From a virus (lineage: Duplodnaviria > Caudoviricetes): a stretch of DNA of 29,561 nt. The notes under the pieces are model-generated. The model saw nothing but the letters and a program-made list of their open reading frames with translations, ran no database searches and had not been told where the DNA came from. The DNA lies in IMG/VR virus record IMGVR_UViG_3300030372_005756, positions 1-29,561 of that record, one strand, 5' to 3'. The position numbers and the translations under genes are program-made. Shown here piece by piece: positions 25,935 to 29,561 of the stretch; the first letter of the stretch is position 1, and each line of letters begins with the position of its first letter.

Positions 25935-26003
25935 TCCAAGGGGGCGCCCTTTTTTTGAACTTCTCCAAGTTTTTTTGGGGCGCCCTTTTACAAAAGGTTT
26001 AGT

Positions 26004-26387
26004 TTGGAAAGAAAGTCTCCTAAAAATAAAATATTGTTAGTCCCGTGTGCGACATGCGGAGAGTTGGCGGAGAGTAAAAACAAAAACTATATTTTATGTC
26101 CTAAATGTATGCAAGCATATCTTAATAGCTTAGAAGAAATGGCCAAAGAAAATAAAAGGGCCACTCAAAATTACAAAATTAAAAAAGAACAATACCACAA
26201 ACTTTACAAAAAAATTGAAAGAACTAAAGAGCGACTCGTAGGTGTGCCAAGAAAATTAGAACCTCTCAAACTATATGATAGAAATTGTTTAAGATGTGAA
26301 AAAAGCTTTGTGGCTCACGGTAAATACAATAGAGTCTGTTCTGGTTGTAAAGATATAATTTCAAACATTGAGGATGTGTTTTTATGA
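26004..26387 (+). CDS. Double zinc-ribbon protein
   Basis: Four CxxC motifs (CATC, CPKC, CLRC, CSGC) flanking a helical linker. Confidence 0.65.
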   Translation: MERKSPKNKILLVPCATCGELAESKNKNYILCPKCMQAYLNSLEEMAKENKRATQNYKIKKEQYHKLYKKIERTKERLVGVPRKLEPLKLYDRNCLRCEKSFVAHGKYNRVCSGCKDIISNIEDVFL

Positions 26388-26713
26388 GAAACTATGAATT
26401 AATAAACCCCGACAATGTAGGCCAAGAATTAAAAAGCTTAGAAAATAGTAGTAATTACATTTCTAAAGAAGAGTTAAGCAAAATAAAAAAAGCTCTTATA
26501 ATAAAAAAAATGTTACTAACTTCTGGTTTTGAAACTCACCACTACAAAAAAAGAAGTAAAGTAGACAACTCACAAAGTGACTTTAATTATGTTTTTAGCG
26601 TTGAAAAAAGCACTTATAAACTTGGCGATAGCTCAAACTCATTTTACGACTGTGTGTTTAGAGTTTGGAATTGGTTATTACGATCCGGGGAGGTCAGAGG
26701 TGAACTTGTTTGA
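26384..26713 (+). CDS. Hypothetical protein
   Basis: 109 aa, ATGA-coupled, GAGG RBS. Confidence 0.65.
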   Translation: MRNYELINPDNVGQELKSLENSSNYISKEELSKIKKALIIKKMLLTSGFETHHYKKRSKVDNSQSDFNYVFSVEKSTYKLGDSSNSFYDCVFRVWNWLLRSGEVRGELV

Positions 26714-27122
26714 AAAAGAAACTACAGATATCCTAATACACTACGCGAAAACTTTCATAGGTAAACCATACCTTTGGGGCGGGAACGGTGTTAGAGGTTT
26801 TGATTGTTCTGGTTTTGTTCAAGAAGTTCTCAAGTGTGTTGGCCTTGATCCTAAAGGTGATCAAACTGCACAAGGGCTTTATAATTATTTTACTAAAAGG
26901 TCTAAAGGTAGTGGCGTTGCGCCTGGAAGCTTGCTTTTTTGGGGAAGAGATATCGACCGAATCACGCATGTTTCTATTGCTATTGATTATTTTTATCATA
27001 TAGAGGCGGGTGGGGGTAACAGTAAAACTATTAATAAAGAGATAGCTGAAAAACAAGGTGCTATGGTTAGAATTAGACCTTTAAACTCAAGAAAAGATTT
27101 AATAGCCGCAATTAAAATTTGA
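26700..27122 (+). CDS. NlpC/P60 (C40) cell-wall peptidase, candidate endolysin
   Basis: FIGKPYLWGG..GFDCSGFV..LLFWG..ITHVSI; GTG 26700 with GGAGG RBS. Confidence 0.88.
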   Translation: MNLFEKETTDILIHYAKTFIGKPYLWGGNGVRGFDCSGFVQEVLKCVGLDPKGDQTAQGLYNYFTKRSKGSGVAPGSLLFWGRDIDRITHVSIAIDYFYHIEAGGGNSKTINKEIAEKQGAMVRIRPLNSRKDLIAAIKI

Positions 27123-27226
27123 AATAAAAAAAAAGTTATGTATAATTTAACTACATCCAAAAATCTCATTTAAGTAGAGAGTGATTTTTTTAACTCCCCC
27201 CTCAACGGAATTTTAAATATTACTCT

Positions 27227-27415
27227 CTACTTAAATAGATCCTCTCTTAAAGCTTCAATTTGTTTCTCAATCCTTTTAGACCTAGACTCTGTTTTTTCTA
27301 AGTGATCAATAAAGTCTAAATACTTTTCTTTAACCTCCGCTTTTTCTTCATTTATAGAAAGCCATTTTGTAATTAAATTAATAGCAAAAGGTAAAATTAC
27401 TTCTATTATTTTCAT
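27227..27415 (-). CDS. Small protein, hydrophobic N-terminus plus coiled coil
   Basis: 62 aa, GAGG RBS, last gene of the late block. Confidence 0.6.
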   Translation of the reverse strand: MKIIEVILPFAINLITKWLSINEEKAEVKEKYLDFIDHLEKTESRSKRIEKQIEALREDLFK

Positions 27416-27418
27416 TTT

Positions 27419-28105
27419 TTATTCATCCTCATAAAGTACCTCATCGTACCCGTACGAAACTAATTTATGTAGTCTATCCTTCCCCATAAATAAAAAAACA
27501 CAGTCGCCACTCTCCGGCTCATACTTAAAATTTTTCTTCCCTTTGTAGCTCATGATAGGGCATGTACTTCTCACCTCTAAGTCTTCGTCAAAATGTATCA
27601 TTTGTACTAAGCCTTTTTTGCTTTGGCATAAAGAAACACCTTTAGCGGTAGTTTCTTGGCCATTACAAAAGTTTGTAGCTTTAATATCGTACTGCTTAGC
27701 TTGGAATAGAATTTGAGCAAAACGCCCTTTACCCGCTTCATTTAATGCTGAAATAAAAAGTATACACTCTTTTTCAATACCAATAGGTTTATAATTAAAC
27801 TGAAATTTCTTCCTATTTTTTATTAATCTTTTTTTGTGGTAAACATTTCTTAAAACTACTTCTCTGTGACAACTTTCTATTTTTACATAGTTTATCTTAA
27901 AGGGCGTTTCTATTTCAATTAAATAGCTTTTAGAAAGTTTAGGTACAGCTATGCCCTTAAAGCTTTTGTTATTTACTACAAAGTCTAAATCTTTTTTGTA
28001 ATTAGTTTTTATTTTTATTATATCGCTAGGGGTGCTACAGCTAAAAATAATTACAAAAAAGAAGTATAGAGTTACTCTAAGGTTTTTTTCTTTAAATCTA
28101 TACAT
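27419..28105 (-). CDS. Putative Cys-rich lipoprotein
   Basis: Basic N-terminus, hydrophobic stretch, lipobox-like IIFS-C and several further Cys. Confidence 0.6.
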   Translation of the reverse strand: MYRFKEKNLRVTLYFFFVIIFSCSTPSDIIKIKTNYKKDLDFVVNNKSFKGIAVPKLSKSYLIEIETPFKINYVKIESCHREVVLRNVYHKKRLIKNRKKFQFNYKPIGIEKECILFISALNEAGKGRFAQILFQAKQYDIKATNFCNGQETTAKGVSLCQSKKGLVQMIHFDEDLEVRSTCPIMSYKGKKNFKYEPESGDCVFLFMGKDRLHKLVSYGYDEVLYEDE

Positions 28106-28410
28106 CTTTTAACCAGATAGCCCGCGGAGAGTAGAACACTTATGGCCTCTTCAATGATAAATTCTATGTTATCGTCTTTTAGATCAAATTTATCTTTTGC
28201 GGCTTTTTGAAGTTTATTTTTGCCTTCTTGATCTAATCCTTTTAGTTCTGGTATAACTTTGGACCAGTCAACATTTTGAAAACTCATTAACTCATCGGTT
28301 AAATTAAAAAAAGCACCATAGTTTTTATCTTTTACCACTTTTTCGAGTACATTCCCTAATTCCATTAGAAACTCAATAAGCGGTACAAGGTTTTTGACTT
28401 CCGTGTTCAT
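28072..28410 (-). CDS. Hypothetical helical protein
   Basis: ATG 28410 after AAGGGG preferred over the track start 28467. Confidence 0.6.
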   Translation of the reverse strand: MNTEVKNLVPLIEFLMELGNVLEKVVKDKNYGAFFNLTDELMSFQNVDWSKVIPELKGLDQEGKNKLQKAAKDKFDLKDDNIEFIIEEAISVLLSAGYLVKRCIDLKKKTLE

Positions 28411-28463
28411 TATAAACCCCTTTTTTTGTGAATATAAATATAGACCTAGCTTATCTATAAAGA

Positions 28464-28739
28464 TCAAACTCTATAGTCCTTATGGGCATAAATTGGTTTT
28501 ATCTCTTTATCTTTGTTAACCCTTTTTATGATATATTTAATCATAGACATAATTGAATGATCAAACTTTTCATTTAACCATGATAGTAAAATTTTCCCTG
28601 TAATTTTATTTTTTATTAACCAAACTTGTATATCTAGAGAGTGTTTATATTTACTAATTTCATACGCAACAGGCATCACCCCCGGCTGATCATCAATTAT
28701 TCTTAAATAAAAATCTCTTTCCGCATTTGACATACTCAT
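28464..28739 (-). CDS. Hypothetical protein
   Basis: 91 aa, ATGA-coupled. Confidence 0.65.
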   Translation of the reverse strand: MSMSNAERDFYLRIIDDQPGVMPVAYEISKYKHSLDIQVWLIKNKITGKILLSWLNEKFDHSIMSMIKYIIKRVNKDKEIKPIYAHKDYRV

Positions 28740-28924
28740 TTACTTTTTCTCATTTCAATTAGGTGGTTTAACATTTCTTTTTGATTCCCTTTAATATCTT
28801 TTATCTCACTCTCTAAAAAATAAACAGTTCGATTTAAAGAACTAATCTCTTTAGAAAAACCCCACATCGTTGAAGCCGTCCCTATTAGAACGGCTCCGAC
28901 CAAGGTTTGAACTAAGTTTTTCAT
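28736..28924 (-). CDS. Single-TM coiled-coil protein, possible holin-like lysis accessory
   Basis: LVQTLVGAVLIGTASTMWGF followed by a heptad pattern. Confidence 0.45.
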   Translation of the reverse strand: MKNLVQTLVGAVLIGTASTMWGFSKEISSLNRTVYFLESEIKDIKGNQKEMLNHLIEMRKSK

Positions 28925-28948
28925 TAGACCTTCCTTAGTAAAATGAAA

Positions 28949-29335
28949 TTAAGCTTTAGGAAATTTCTTTTTTATCTTTTCCCTTTCTATAAGATAAGCC
29001 TTCATTTTTTCAGGTCTACCACTTTCTTTTTCTGCTATAGCTTCAAATAGAAGATGATCTATTCTAATATACTCCTCCTTTCTTTTTAAAAGGGGAGCTT
29101 GTTTTTCTTTTTCATCATCCAATTCTTTTTTTGCTTTTTCTAAAGCTATAACTTTTTTTTCTAATTCTTTATCACTAAGCTCTAACCATTCATTTATATA
29201 GTCCGTTGCATCTTTTATAACAGGGATTTTTTCGCCATTAATTTCGTGATATTTTAAAACTTTCTCACCATAAACTTTTTCATAAACATTTCTATTTTTT
29301 GAAACGTCTAACAGTCTTTCTTTTAAACTTTTCAT
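28949..29335 (-). CDS. Tail-fibre-associated / assembly protein
   Basis: Follows the fibre gene. C-terminal RKEEY...REKIKKKFPK resembles XkdW-like fibre-adjacent proteins. Confidence 0.5.
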   Translation of the reverse strand: MKSLKERLLDVSKNRNVYEKVYGEKVLKYHEINGEKIPVIKDATDYINEWLELSDKELEKKVIALEKAKKELDDEKEKQAPLLKRKEEYIRIDHLLFEAIAEKESGRPEKMKAYLIEREKIKKKFPKA

Positions 29336-29352
29336 TATAACCACCTTATTTT

Positions 29353-29561
29353 TTATCTTATCTTAGTAATTGTGCCGGCACTATATCGCGCCTCAGTTTG
29401 TCCCGATCCACCTACATTAATTCCCAAATAACCGCCACCGTTGGAAGTAAAAGCATAAATTTTAATTTCCATGGGCGCGTCCACTTCGAATGTTGCATAA
29501 ATAAAACTATCTGCCCGGCCATTATAACCATGGGCTCCAATAGCGTTACCACCCCTTTTAA
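29353..29561 (-). CDS. Tail fibre C-terminal part (joins 1639..1)
   Basis: VKRGGNAIGAHGYNGRADSFIYATFEVDAPMEIKIYAF..SAGTITKIR*, in frame across the junction; 615 aa in total. Confidence 0.8.
   Translation of the reverse strand, partial: KRGGNAIGAHGYNGRADSFIYATFEVDAPMEIKIYAFTSNGGGYLGINVGGSGQTEARYSAGTITKIR

Larger units (their letters stand above)
1..29561. mobile_element. Complete (circularly permuted) tailed dsDNA bacteriophage genome, siphovirus-like
   Basis: Terminase, portal, capsid, tail tube, tape measure and replication genes are present. There is no sheath gene and no host housekeeping gene. One ORF reads in frame across the end/start junction. Confidence 0.92.

Noticed and set aside
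26733-27056. Alternative ORFs 26733..27056 (-) and 26788..27003 (+)
   Set aside because: Both lie inside the NlpC/P60 gene. The hydrophobic + frame could suggest an embedded holin, but nothing else supports it.
1-29561. Stop-codon reassignment or tRNA genes
   Set aside because: Genes are full length in the standard bacterial code with TAA, TAG and TGA all used as stops. No cloverleaf was recognised in the intergenic gaps (not tested with tRNAscan).

Overview
AT-rich, apparently complete 29,561-bp circularly permuted tailed-phage (siphovirus-like) genome. The tail-fibre ORF runs off base 1 and continues in frame from base 29561. The minus strand carries the morphogenesis block: ParB-like protein, ABC ATPase/GNAT acetyltransferase, terS, terL, Mu-type portal, head-morphogenesis protein and protease-scaffold, decoration protein, major capsid, neck, tail tube, tail chaperone, tape measure, tail tip, fibre and small lysis-region genes. 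Small early genes on the plus strand are driven by a duplicated sigma70-type promoter. A replication arm (initiator, helicase, VRR-NUC) diverges from an arm with an ssDNA-annealing protein and an NlpC/P60 peptidase. No integrase, transposase, tRNA, CRISPR array or reverse transcriptase was seen. The most notable feature is the ABC ATPase and Mom-like GNAT domain, split across frames at an in-frame C_CCA_AAG slippery heptamer followed by a 6-nt spacer and a GC hairpin. This is a candidate programmed -1 frameshift controlling a putative DNA-modification enzyme next to the terminase genes. Also notable are a 22-bp palindromic tandem repeat with a degenerate copy upstream of the initiator gene, and a recurring [LFM]SE motif suggesting prohead-protease cleavage sites. 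All family calls come from motif recognition by eye; no database search was run.
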